Shown piece after piece: positions 21,267 to 33,343 of a DNA stretch of 64,000 nt. The notes under the pieces were generated by a model. It was given only the letters and a program-made list of their open reading frames with translations, was not told the DNA's origin and did no database searches. Within the stretch, counting starts at the first letter, position 1. The number at the start of each line of letters is the position of its first letter. Origin of the DNA: Mayamaea pseudoterrestris (lineage: Eukaryota). The stretch covers positions 806,001-870,000 of the forward strand of contig BROI01000005.1 of the NCBI GenBank assembly GCA_027923505.1. Direction: 5' to 3'. The position numbers were made by a program, and so were the translations under genes.

Positions 21267-21986
21267 TTATATCGACACATATCCCCAAAAATTCCTAGCA
21301 ATCTCAAAACTTTCATGGCAATTATCACATACCCCATGGATCGACGAAAGTGATGTACGTTTACATTGTGGACAGCAAAAATCATCACAAATAGGACAAT
21401 ATGAAGTGCGGCGACAATGTTTGCAATATTTGTTATGGCACCGGTCACAATGCATTACGCGATCGCACTTATTGCATCCAAGTGCATTGCACTCACAGCA
21501 TCGTCCAGGTTTTACTAAGGTTTCTTTGCATAAAGCAGTACATTCAATGCAGTACTTGTCGTCGCAACAAAAGACACTGTGCTTGCATTCCGTGCAGGAG
21601 CAGGCACAATCCTCAGTCGCACATTGCCGGACGCTCGTTTCATGAACAAAATTATCGCATTGCGTGCAACGAATGAGTTGCATTTCGTTCAACATGCGGC
21701 AGTCGATGCACGCTATCGCAGCATTGGCAGCTTTGGCTTCTTGATTCAGACGGCTCCCATGTTCACTGCAGAACCTGTCCGTCAAGGGAAATTGCATTAA
21801 AAAGCCCTTAAGACGCATAGCCTGCTTAATGTCTCGGCGATCGCAGAATGCTAAGATCTGGTCGCACATGACGTCCGACGTCAGGAGCAGCATCGGTGAA
21901 GGATAACCTGATGCGATTTTACTTTCAGCGGCCTCTTTTTTCTTTCTTGCCCTCTGGCGCAACTTTTTAATTTCAAAAGCCAGCAT
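21267..21986 (-). CDS. Cysteine-rich (CxxC repeat) putative zinc-binding protein
   Basis: More than ten CxxC pairs after an F-box-like helical segment (LTSDVMCDQILAFCD) and an FCSEHG motif. Confidence 0.7.
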   Translation of the reverse strand: MLAFEIKKLRQRARKKKEAAESKIASGYPSPMLLLTSDVMCDQILAFCDRRDIKQAMRLKGFLMQFPLTDRFCSEHGSRLNQEAKAANAAIACIDCRMLNEMQLIRCTQCDNFVHETSVRQCATEDCACSCTECKHSVFCCDDKYCIECTALCKETLVKPGRCCECNALGCNKCDRVMHCDRCHNKYCKHCRRTSYCPICDDFCCPQCKRTSLSSIHGVCDNCHESFEIARNFWGYVSI

Positions 21987-22132
21987 GCTGAATGTACTCC
22001 GGGCAATCTTGGTACTTGCTATAATGCGACTACATGCCCATCACAATCCAGGGCTTTCAAGCGATTTATAGTGGCTCTTAAGCGACGCTTCGAAATTTGC
22101 GCTTCTCATGCCGAACTTTCGATGCGAACGCA

Positions 22133-22808
22133 CTATGGACCATCAACCCACATCGGAGCCAACCATACCAGTAGCCAACTGTTAGACAGCGAATTACGAC
22201 TTCTATGGGACAAGTTTGACGGTTTGAACTTGCGCCAGCGAGACTTTGCACCACATGCCGAACATGTTGCCCAGACGGTAGAGTGGGAACGTGTGCACTT
22301 CACAACGCATGCAATAGTTTGGCTCATTGCATTTCTGGCAGCGATTCTTTTCCACAGTAGTCGCATTGCAACACGCGGTTGCATACTGCATTCTCGGACC
22401 CCGCAGTCATTGCATGTCGTGGGTTTTCCGTAGTATTGCCAGCGTCCCAAAACACACATTAAGCAGTGCTCATCGCTGCAGCAAAACACATGTCGCTCGC
22501 AATCGCAGCAGCAGCGAGAACAGTCGTTCGTTGGACATTGTCGTAAGTAAGACTCTTGAAAAAAATTCGCTAAACGTGTGCATCGAAAAATGTTGTTGTC
22601 TCCATGCGGCGATCCATGCAGAAAGGTGTATCAACGCCTTCCTCGTAATCAAGAAGTGTTCCATGTTTGCGACAAAAACGTTCCTCCAAACGAAACTGCG
22701 ACGATGAGATCTGGTTTATCATAAGCTGCTTGACATCACGACGAAACTGAAACGCAAATACTTGATCGCTGAAGTCTTGGTGTCTTGTGTCTTTACAGTC
22801 TTCTTCAT
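22133..22808 (-). pseudogene. Degenerate tandem paralogue of the Cys-rich gene
   Basis: Minus-strand fragments in different frames, QFRLEERFCRKHG / ESYLRQCPTNDC...HVFCCSDEHCLMC / CQKCNEPNYCMRC, match QFPLTDRFCSEHG / ETSVRQCATEDC...SVFCCDDKYCIEC of the intact gene; stops and frameshifts are present. Confidence 0.75.
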
Positions 22809-23451
22809 TGCAGAATTTGAATCTGTTTCTGCCAATTCTCCTACCGGAAGCATGTCACCTATCCAAGTAATTCGATATATTGCCTTTCGGGCATAGGTGT
22901 AATAGATTCGAACGTTGCATGTAGGGTTTGACTGCATGAAACTTGTCAGGAGACCATAATTGCGGCGGATGCTGCAACGAATTAGCAAAGGATCTTCCGA
23001 AACCGCGCCGTTATCGCGGCCTAATTGAAGAACCGCTGTGACGTCAAAGCGACATCGCCTAACTTATTGTAGCATTGTTCACTGTGAATCCCTCGCTATC
23101 CAAAACTAGGGTTCGTGTATATAGTATCTTCGTGTTGCATTGACGATGCTGTCGCTGCTTGAATCGCTGACCATATGGAACCGAAATAGAGTGTGGAAGC
23201 GTTTTGGCGCAGTTTACAGGAAAATCGCCAAACGAAAACCGCTACGACGCTGACAAAAGTTTCGCAATCTTCATCGCGACGACACTTTCAACGAGAGGCA
23301 GTTTATATGCTTCATTCACTTTGCCATGGGTTCGCCTTGGCTTTTGGCAGTCCTGTAGATTTGCAGCTAGCTGACATCTGCAAAGACTAGAGATTGAAGG
23401 AAGTAGGAATTATTATTTCATTGCAGCAAAAGTCGCCGTGTCCACGACAGC

Positions 23452-26400
23452 ATGAACGTCGACGAGAACGACAAAGCAAGCACTTTGCTGTTCAAGACCA
23501 GTAATTCTCCCTTGCCAGACGCGACTCTTGACCATGTGGAACAAGATGATGAAGCAGCTGCCGCCAAGCGTGAACGCTTCCGTCGTTTCTACTGCTCCAA
23601 TCCAGTTTCAGATGCCGAACTCGCTGCGGTTGGCCCTCACATTAAAGCAAAACTGATTGAAGCTATCGAATTATTGGAGAAGGACGGAATTACAGCGTTT
23701 CGCAAACATCAAGAGCAGGAGCTGCAGCGAAAGAAGGAGCGTCAAGATCGCCGCGAAAAGCTTCATCGCGAAACGCTTGCAGCAGCCGAAATTGACGGCG
23801 ACGCTCGAAGCTACCAAAAGCAAATGTACGAGCTGGCCAAGCAGGAAAATGTCATTGTACATTTGGGAACTGGCATGGGCAAGACGTTAATTGCCATTTT
23901 GCTGCTAAAGCATGTCATGGAGCAATCAGCAGTTGTGAAGGATGGTGACGAAGACACTGCTGGAGTGCAAAAGCAGAGCTTCTTTCTCGTACCTAGCGTT
24001 CCGTTGGCACTGCAGCAAACATCGGTACTGCAGGCCAATTTACCTGGTCTGACGATTGGATCAGCTACGCAAGGTTCCATTACGGGTCGCGATTCGCGCA
24101 GCAAGCTAGCCAAGAGTCACGTGCTTGTTGCAACGCATGGGGCCATGCTGGAGCTGCTGCAGCATTACGGAGACTTGTTTCGCATGGATCGAGTCAATCT
24201 ACTGATACTGGATGAGTGTCATCACTGCACGGGCAACTCCAACTATGCTCGAATCATGAGGGACTTTTACCATGCGCTACCTGTCGATGCGCGGCCCAAG
24301 GTACTTGGCTTGACGGCGTCGCCATTGATCAATCTTAAAATTAATGTTTCGAATGACCAACTCGAGGATCAGCTGCGTGGATTGGAACGCCTCGTTGATG
24401 CTCGTATTATCTCGCCAGAAGACATTGCGCTGAAGGATGTGGACGTTCAAATGGTGCAGTACGAACATGACTCAATTAATTCGTACCAGCCGCTTCCACT
24501 CTTGCCGGATGCTTTAAACCATGCGCGGAAGAAGGAGTTTCGACGGTTTCACATTATTTATGATGAGCTTGGCCCATTTATTGTAAACCTGTTTTGTGAG
24601 CGATTGTTGGCGACTTTGGAGCGAAACGCATACGAATCTGAAACGGAAGAGGAGTTTTGCATTGCACTCGAGTATTTGCGATCAGTTGTTGCTCACTGTA
24701 ACGACGAGTCTAACGCCGACTTGGCCAACTCTGGGCGAACAAGCAAAGTCAGAGCTCTAGAGAGTTTATTGCTGACACTTGTCTGTGATTGCCCGGATTC
24801 TGTTGGGATAGTTTTTGTAAAAACTAGAGCAACGGCCATCGCGTTGCATCACTACATTCAACATCAAGCCGATCTGGAAGCGGACAAATCAGAGCAAGCG
24901 ATGCACATTGGCAATGGTATAGGCAAGGACGTCGATCCAACTGAGTTGGCTGCTTATTCCGACTTGGAGCGAGATTCTAGTCTCATGCCGACAGCGTGCA
25001 GTCCACCTAGAGCTGTACCAGATACTTCATACGATCAGTTTGCCGATGCGATGGATGACGAGGATTTTGTGGAAGTGGCTCCGAGTATCAACTTGGAACA
25101 TGATTTACGACACCTGGCAGTGCATGACAATGAACCTGAAGTGACAGCGATGGACGCAGATGATCAATTCGCTGATGCTGATTCAGAAGACGATACTACT
25201 CGATGTGCTGTCGTACAAGCGACGAATCGGCGAGCAACTATGTCGGATCAAGCGCTGCCATACATATCGGACGCCTCGGACGGTGGACTTGAAGGTCTAT
25301 CGGAAGACATGCAGCCTACAAAAAGACCCCCAAACTTATGCTACAAGACCCTTCGAAGCGACATCCTGGTTCGGCAACAGGCGAAGGTACTTAGTAGCCA
25401 CAATGAACGTGCTGTCGACGTAGGACATGAAGCAAGAATACAGCGTGTGATCAATCGTCTGCGACAGAGCGAAATTAACATTCTTTTCGCCACGTCGGTT
25501 GTTGAGGAAGGTAAGGCATGTTGTGCGCTGGGCGGTGCTATACATCACTACCGTAGGCTTACTTATGATGTCGGTTGAACAGGCGTCGATGTCAGAGCAT
25601 GCTCGTTCATTATTGCTTTTGACGAAATTATTACCACGAAGAGTTACGTCCAAATGAAAGGAAGAGCCAGACAGCTACATTCCAAGTTTTTTGCATTTCA
25701 GAACTCGTTGCCGCTACGGGGTAAAAGCGTCGAAGATTCCCATACCTTGGAGATGCGACTAACCAATCACATGGCGCAAAGAACGACGCGCAGTCTTCAT
25801 GTAACAAGATCATCCCAAAAGGATTCTCAGGGTCTTACCATTGCGACGGCTTGGTTTCAGACTAAACACGCGGTCCTGTCAATTAGCAATGCCAAGTCGT
25901 TGCTGTACCGATATATGGCGTCCGTACCCTTCGAAGCAGCGGTTCGATCTTCTCGGATTTCACTCCAAGCGCACATGCCTTTGTTTGATTACGAGTCCAA
26001 GCGATTAATTCTACCGGCCCATATATCCTCATTATCGCATCGAATAGTGTCGTTGCCCGAAAGTTATGTGGGTCTTTGTAAGCGAGATATGGAAATGCAT
26101 CTATGCTTTTTGGCTTGTGCCAGACTCCACGAACTGGGCTTGCTAAATGATCGCCTTCTGCCAATCTGCAAGGATTCTGCGATTAAGGATGTTCTCAAGC
26201 CTATACAGCCTATCAAAAGTTTAAAAGACATACCGCATAACCGGGTTTCGTGTCTTGGACGGAAGAAACGCAGAATTGAGCCTTCGAAGGCCGTCAACAA
26301 TTTGGTCTCCCAGGAAGTCGAGGTTTTCGTATACCCAATCATACATACCGGTAATTTTTTTAATGCTTACCGAGCGACGCTGGGCTCAAACCACATCGAC

Positions 26401-28720
26401 TTGGCCATTGTCACGCTTGAGCCGCTCGACGAGTCGGTAACTGCATTTGCCATAACATCGCAACATCCTCAATTTAAAGACGTGTGCCTCCGATTTGGTG
26501 CCATGCGGAAAAGTGTCCTTTCGCGTGCGGAGCTTGACGCTACTCGCCAGTTCTTTAGAATAGTTTACGCGGCTCGATGGAAAGCATCTAACTGCTATTA
26601 TCGGTGTCGAAGGGAAGCCGATCCAGTGCGCTTGCACAGATCGCGCCACTACACAATTGGATGCGTGGATAGCTATGGGAACTTGCTTTTTAAGTACATG
26701 GATAGCATCATACGCGATAGTGGGCGGAATGAAGAGCAACGAATTGATGCTGTTCGGCAACTTTCGACTGAGAATCAATTAGCTGTGCCCCGCATATGGC
26801 GGCCACTCTACGACCTCTCAGCTCGATATATTGTCTACGGTCCTGCGGGCGAAAGCGCAAGTTTCCGTTTTCCTGATAGAGACGAAGCGACCAACCTCCT
26901 GACTTACCAAGACTACTTTCGAGTGAAGAAAAATGTGCATCTTGAGGCTTCGTCACCCTTGTTTCACGCGCAACAAGTGTGGCGTTTCCCAAGAAAATCG
27001 TCGACCATGTTGGAGAAATGGAATGACGGTTTTGCCCATAAAGATGCGACCCCAGACTTTCATGCTTATTGCCATGGCTTATGCAGTACAAAACTGCCGC
27101 AATGTCAATTCGAAGAAATGCCGGGTCTTGCTGATTCTGGATTATTCCTTCTATCTACGTTTCTACCTCAGCTACTATACCAGTTTGAAAGGCTTGCGAT
27201 GGCATTCGACTTCAAAACATTCTGCCTAGAACACTTGCCCGTCCTGGGAAGTGTTTTACGTCAATTAACGATAGACGACATCACTTTGGTCCTCACGGCA
27301 AAGAGTTGCGCCGAGCCGCAGTCATATGAAAAGCTTGAGTGGCTTGGCGATGCGGTCTTGAAGCTCGTTCACACGGACTGCGTTGTGAAGTCACGAGAGT
27401 TGAAGGATATAGTGCATAGTCTTCATGAAGGACAACTTGACTATGTGCGTTCTGCGCTTGGAGAAAACAAACGCTTTGCTGAGATCTGCAAGGCGCTCAG
27501 CATTGATAATTTTATAATGACTGCATCCTTGTCGCGCGGGAAGTGGATTCCAGCGCCTCTGGAGCTTGTTCCATTTGCAGGCGATACGCTGACTGGTCGG
27601 AAAGGTTCCGAGTCGAACGAAAAGCTATATGCCGATGTTGTAGAAGCCCTACTAGGCTTGGTGTACTTAAAAAGTGGCTTTCAGGCTGCTTTAAAAGTTG
27701 CACAAGAGATGCAGGCCACTATCCCATGGATTGAGAATGACACGTCGGACCATTTGAAAGAGAATCAAGTGGAAAATGCCGATCTTGTGAGACATATTGC
27801 CACGTTGTCAGGTTATTGGTTTGATTCCTGTCATCATTTAGCGATCCAAGCGCTCACTCATCCCACAGTTTGGGACACCGAATCCCCGTCGTACCAGAAG
27901 CTTGAATGGATTGGCGACGTAAGTGTCTAATTTCACTATATTGTCGTGCGTGAAACGTCTAACGCAACTACTTTGACAGGCCGTCTTGTCCCTTGCGACG
28001 CGTGACTGGATCTTGCGTCACTTCCCGGATCTCGAAGTTGGCGAGATGGTGGCCATAGAGTCAGCACTTGTGTGTAACGAAAGCCTAGGATTCCTCTCGT
28101 TTGAAGGTGACCTCGTTCGTCACATGCGACACAACGATTCCGCTTTGCCAAATAGACTGGATGACTATGTTTTCACGGTAAGAGTGTGCGAAAAAGGTTT
28201 ATGGGGAAGTGACCCGCCAAAATGCATTGCTGATATCCTGGAAGCTGTGTTAGGAGCGATTCACGTACATGGTGGACTGGCGCAAAGCCAAAAGGCAGCG
28301 TTGCATATTCTTCAGCCGGTATTAGACCTTATGTCCAATCAATGCAGCATAATTCGAGAGAGTTATTTCACCCGACACCCGAAGTCTCGCGTGCATGAGT
28401 TATCGGGCGAGCTGGTTTCAATAGCGGTTGAAAACGAAAGCGACTTCTACTCAGATGCTATGCGGAACCACTCTGTGTGGACTGGCGACGAGTGGCGTCA
28501 AGCTCAACGCGGCGGGCATCACTTTATATCGTCACTTCGTTGTGGGGACGTGTGCCTCATAGCCGTTGTTGGCCGAAGCGGTTCTATCGCAATAAACCAC
28601 GCTTGGGCTTTGGTTCTTGCAGTGCTGAATGCCAATCTTGACGTTTTGGATCGTTTAAAAGCCATCCGGACGAAGTTGCAAATTAATCATGGGGAGATAC
28701 TTCGTATGGCTACTAAATAA
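23452..28720 (+). CDS. DCR: Dicer-like endoribonuclease (DExD/H helicase, helicase C, DUF283-like, PAZ-like, 2x RNase III, dsRBD-like); exons 23452-25510, 25583-27918, 27980-28720 (1711 aa)
   Basis: LGTGMGKT, LDECHH, GLTAS, ATSVVEEG|VDV...YVQMKGRAR across GT-AG intron 25511-25582; TYQDYF (PAZ-like); EKLEWLGDAVL/ADVVEALLG; QKLEWIGD|AVL across intron 27919-27979; ADILEAVLG; HPKSRVHEL. Confidence 0.95.
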
Positions 28721-28889
28721 TTTGCTTTTGATGTTGTGCGTGCGGAATCTGAGCATGACAACGAAGGAGGTATCCTACAGTTACGATGACCTAACTGTTT
28801 AAAGCAAAGGTGGAATACAATACACTGAAACCAGGAAAGCACATAAACAACAGTCTATTGACGACAGCACTGCACAACTGTTTTTGCGC

Positions 28890-31052
28890 TCAAAAGTTCT
28901 CCTTGTGCACACGTACACGGCAAGTGCATGACCCATTGTTATTATACTGATGTTCCGCCGTCACTTCCTGCGCCGTATGCTGCAATATAAAAGCAATAGC
29001 CGGCGATCCGCAGAAAAAGACGCCGACATTTTCACCCTCACCATCGCTTGACAAATGTGCGGCGTCGAGCGCTCGACGAATAATGTCCTCCCAATCAGGC
29101 CGGCCACTCTTGAGCGCAAACCTGTGTCCCAGGCCGACGAAAGGATCGTTGCGTGCACAATCCTCGGGCTTATCGCGAGAGGCGTACAACTGGAGGGAGA
29201 AACCTTGCGTCAAGTTTTGCAGCGAGTCGACCAAATCAGCGGCCGCGAAACTCATGCCCTGGTACGTGCGACCCACCCAAACACCTGTAATAGTTTTAAT
29301 TGCTTCGGGATCCGTATTGTCATTCACGCCATTCCTTATTGAATTCTTGAGTTTCGGCGGCCTCGCTGTACTGAAGAAAAAGTGAAAAATGCGGACCGAA
29401 TGAAGGACTATAAAAGAAACGTAGAAGTAAGCGATACGGTCCTTGTGCCGATCGTATGCAATCGCCGATACTGAAGTGCCGTAGGAAATAGCGTCCAGGA
29501 CAAAAATGCCCAATTCTAGCAAATAGACAAAGGATTTCAAGTAGCGCTTGCCGTATGCAACTGTTGATGCCACGATCTTGGTCCCGAAAATCGTCAGTGT
29601 AATCATGGAAGCCACAGCCTGGAAAAATGCACCTTCCATTGTCAGTCCAAATAGCCAGACACAAAAAATGGCCATCTCCGTAGTTAGCGCAAAGACAAAA
29701 ATGCAGATATTGACCGTCATAGTCTCGAGAACGCTAGAATAATATGCAGCAAAAATAGGAATTGATATCAATGGTCGATCAAACTCGGTCACATCCACAT
29801 GGTTCAAGTCTCCATCCAGCAAGATCTGGCTGTACTTGATCGAGTCGGGAACTCGAAATGACTTGCTTCGAGGCACCCGCGTCATGTCCAAGTCTGCTCT
29901 GCAGGTGGCGACCATGTGCTTCCAAACGCTCAATAATGGCGTGACGCCAATGCCCGATCCAACCACGACAATGTGCTTGTAGCTGAAGTAGTTTTGCGCC
30001 GGCGCACCAAACCCACCTCGAATTCCAATTTTTGATAGGACAGGCCCATTTTCTCCACTTGCATGTTGTTGCTTGGCAAGCTTCAGTAATCTTTTGGTCC
30101 ATTTTCCAACAGCTTGAATGTAAAAGACGACGGTACCTTCCGAATTGGGCGCGCTGGCGATTGTAAAAGGGTGCCACTCGTGATGTGAAATCTCCGAAAT
30201 GCGAAGCTCGGCGTACATACCAGGAGCATATTGGAATTCCTTTTGACGAATGGTCACCTTGACGTAGTTGTCCGATCCATCAGTATGCGTTTCAAGTGAG
30301 ACGAGGTCGGCTTGAAGAGTCGCAAGGCAGTAACGACGCACAATGACATCCACCAAGTACAAGGCAATCGGCAACAGTAAAAAGTAAATGGTAACCGGCT
30401 TGCCCTTGCATGTTCCATGCACCAAGAGTAACGGTCCACTGCAAACAATGCCTATAATATGGCACCACCAAAATAGTCGAAATCCAAACGACGTTCGTCG
30501 AACCTTTTCAAGTGTTGTGACAAAGAACATGGTAAAGATGACGACCAGCATGGAGCCCGTGTATAGCAGCTGCTTTGGCGAAATGCCATCTCCCCAAACA
30601 TCTTGTCCATTAACTGGTACCAATGACTGCGTTGCATAATTGACAATTTGTGGAATGGTATGAATGATGCAACCCGAAACAATCACTGTCAGTGCAAAGA
30701 TGCGATGATACTTTGGCATGATATCGTCGACTGGAAAACCCAATCGAATCGGCGTCTTGCGAACGAGCGTCCAAAAGTACTTGCATCCGCTCACCAATAG
30801 ACAAGCCGCGTTCCATGTGACCAGTCGACCGCCGCCTCGTGCGATGGGAAGGGTTTTGCGAAGAATCTCATTGTCCGTATAGTAAATGCCTGGAATGAAC
30901 AACCAAACGCCCCACACAAACATGCAAACGTTAAACACAATCATTAACGTCAAAAAGGCAATGTTTGCGCCATGATTGAAAAAGTAACATTCTAGTTTGG
31001 TCCAGCGAGAAATGGTATGAGTGCTTGATGTTGATGCATGTGACGACGGCAT
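28890..31052 (-). CDS. NADPH oxidase / respiratory burst oxidase homologue, algal type with extra TM helices in the dehydrogenase domain
   Basis: Heme His pairs (YHRIF...CIIH; WCHII...LVHG), FAD motif EWHPFT, NADPH motifs GSGIGVTP and GVFFCG, terminal HKENF; no EF hands. Confidence 0.92.
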   Translation of the reverse strand: MPSSHASTSSTHTISRWTKLECYFFNHGANIAFLTLMIVFNVCMFVWGVWLFIPGIYYTDNEILRKTLPIARGGGRLVTWNAACLLVSGCKYFWTLVRKTPIRLGFPVDDIMPKYHRIFALTVIVSGCIIHTIPQIVNYATQSLVPVNGQDVWGDGISPKQLLYTGSMLVVIFTMFFVTTLEKVRRTSFGFRLFWWCHIIGIVCSGPLLLVHGTCKGKPVTIYFLLLPIALYLVDVIVRRYCLATLQADLVSLETHTDGSDNYVKVTIRQKEFQYAPGMYAELRISEISHHEWHPFTIASAPNSEGTVVFYIQAVGKWTKRLLKLAKQQHASGENGPVLSKIGIRGGFGAPAQNYFSYKHIVVVGSGIGVTPLLSVWKHMVATCRADLDMTRVPRSKSFRVPDSIKYSQILLDGDLNHVDVTEFDRPLISIPIFAAYYSSVLETMTVNICIFVFALTTEMAIFCVWLFGLTMEGAFFQAVASMITLTIFGTKIVASTVAYGKRYLKSFVYLLELGIFVLDAISYGTSVSAIAYDRHKDRIAYFYVSFIVLHSVRIFHFFFSTARPPKLKNSIRNGVNDNTDPEAIKTITGVWVGRTYQGMSFAAADLVDSLQNLTQGFSLQLYASRDKPEDCARNDPFVGLGHRFALKSGRPDWEDIIRRALDAAHLSSDGEGENVGVFFCGSPAIAFILQHTAQEVTAEHQYNNNGSCTCRVRVHKENF

Positions 31053-32521
31053 GGCGGAAAGGGAGGTGAAGTTGAAGTGTAGGGACAGTCGATTTCAAAA
31101 GTAGGGAATACCCTTACGCCAAGTAGCCATAAGGAACAGCCTGTATACTGTGGAGATGGACAAGCGGCACAGTCGCTGCTCCTTACTGCCGATTTGTTGG
31201 TGTTTTGGATCTCGCTTCTGGATCCAAATCGCTCGTTGCATGCCTCGGCATCTTGCCTTCGAGATAATCAGTCATTTTGGGTCATAAGACAATAATGTTT
31301 TACACGACTGCATTGTCATCATGACCATGACCTAGTAATAACTATTGCCGTTTGAAAAAATTCTCATTGACATATTTATCTAGCCAATGATAAACGATCT
31401 TTGGGTCATTAGTCGTGCACTCGCTCCCGCATGCTCCGTGGCTCGAGTCTCGAGTCTGTTTGCCGACTTGCAGGAGCGGATCGTCCTCGTTTCCTGTTAC
31501 TGTAATGCGCATACTCTAGTAGAGCGCAGGAGAACGTTTTAATAGTTTTTATAACTGTTAATACACAGCTTGTTGGTTGATTGTATTAGAGCTCCACTGG
31601 CAAGGCAAAAGCAGACACTACTCTGAACCTGCCACACGATGTCAACGACCCTTGCAAATGTCAGCTCTGCTTCTTCACTGACAAAGCTCGTCTGTCACTT
31701 TCTCTTGGCACAACTCAAGATCCTTTCGCCCTGCCGATCTACTTATATCTGACATATCGAAATGGCCTAATCGAGGTTGCACAACGCATTTATGACGCAC
31801 GTGCTGGATCGGAAGGCAATTCGAATCGCCCCAAGGCTATTCAAGTATCAAGAGAGAACCCATGTAATAAGCCCTGAAGCAGTCGGAGAAGCCGACGGAA
31901 CGCCAAAGCTTCACGTTTACGCTGTTCACCAATGTAATTGGCTGTTTGATATTTTGGTGTGATAGCCCCTGTCGCTAGTTGAACCAAGCAGGGCGACCAT
32001 GGAAGCCTACCATATATCAAAGGTTGACAGCTTCATCCAGTCAACCCTTTGCTGGCTTCTGATTGGCTCCTATCATGTGGATCCATTGCCGTGACGACCA
32101 ATCCAGCTTCAGCGAACGAAACGGAACGGCCCGGGGGCTCCAGGTTACAAAGTGAACACGTCAGTGCTTGCGAAAGATTTAGCTTAGAATCTAGAGGAGT
32201 CGTTTGGTTGGGTCTTTCTACCACACGTGTGTGTGCCTTTCGCCCCGGCTTGGCCTTCACCACGACCTGACCATACTTTTTTCATTTGCATGCATTTCGC
32301 GTTGGCAGTTGGACAGGATCGGTTGTTATAGGGGCACTCTCAAGGAAACAAGCCCAACATACCGTCTCTCTCTCACTCTCTACACATTATCTAGCATTGC
32401 AACGAGTCAAGCAGCGCCCCATTGAAACGAATCGAGACCGAATCCGAAATCGCCCGTTTTGCAGTATCCATCCAAGCAAGCAGCTAACGAAAGATATACG
32501 CGCTACATACATTACTCTACC

Positions 32522-33343
32522 ATGACTGCCTCCTATTCCAACGCTTCCAGAATCATTGCTGCTAACGAGACTACATCTAATTGCAATTCTTCAACCCTTC
32601 CTCGCTTCCAGCTCCGCAAGCGCTCGACTGCTGCTGCCGCTGCTGCCAAGCCAACGAACGGTTTTCCAGCCGTCAATTCTGCCTTTCTGTCGGGGCTGTT
32701 TGCCGACGTTGCCGCTACTTCCACCAATGAACTAAACAAGACTACTACTACATCTCACAAGCGTCTGAACCGAGACGACCCTCGTCTCGATGCATCGACC
32801 AACAAGAAGAGCCGACTCTCCATCAAGGCTCCATCCATTAGCCGCTGCAGCCTCTCCGTCAAGAATCTTCAGCACATTTTGGTTTCACCAACCACTTCCT
32901 CCACCGACTACTTTTTCAACGAGCAGCAGCCATGCATCCATCGCCAGGACTCGCTGCATTTGCAACTGTCGTGCGTTGGTGAATCTTCCGATAATGTCAT
33001 GGACTCGGCACTGCTCGCCTTTCCACACTTGCCAGCCATTGTGTCATCCTCATCCTGCGATGCCTCCAAATCACTACTAACTCGGAATCATATTCAATAC
33101 ACGGACCTGCAGTCGTCCGTGACCGAGAATGCACCAGACGACATTGAAACCTATGGCTGGTTTGTGGAAATGGATGCGGACGAGCCATGCGCAGGCAGCG
33201 TAACGCCTGCGACTGCGGCGACGGACAAGACGGCCTTGGCCTTTTGCGCCGCCACGGCGCCATGCGCGGACGATCATTCCGACGATGTCGCCTGGGCCAA
33301 GGCGGCGGACACGGTGGATGATGTCCTGGGAGACTTCTTTTGA
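32522..33343 (+). CDS. Hypothetical low-complexity protein with short motif islands
   Basis: ATG at 32522; Ser/Thr-rich, with islands VNSAFLSGLFADVA, FPHLPAIVS, YGWFVEMD and C-terminal WAKAADTVDDVLGDFF. Confidence 0.7.
   Translation: MTASYSNASRIIAANETTSNCNSSTLPRFQLRKRSTAAAAAAKPTNGFPAVNSAFLSGLFADVAATSTNELNKTTTTSHKRLNRDDPRLDASTNKKSRLSIKAPSISRCSLSVKNLQHILVSPTTSSTDYFFNEQQPCIHRQDSLHLQLSCVGESSDNVMDSALLAFPHLPAIVSSSSCDASKSLLTRNHIQYTDLQSSVTENAPDDIETYGWFVEMDADEPCAGSVTPATAATDKTALAFCAATAPCADDHSDDVAWAKAADTVDDVLGDFF

Noticed and set aside
23452..28720. Three separate genes or a frameshifted Dicer
   Set aside because: Canonical GT-AG introns restore the split conserved motifs exactly.
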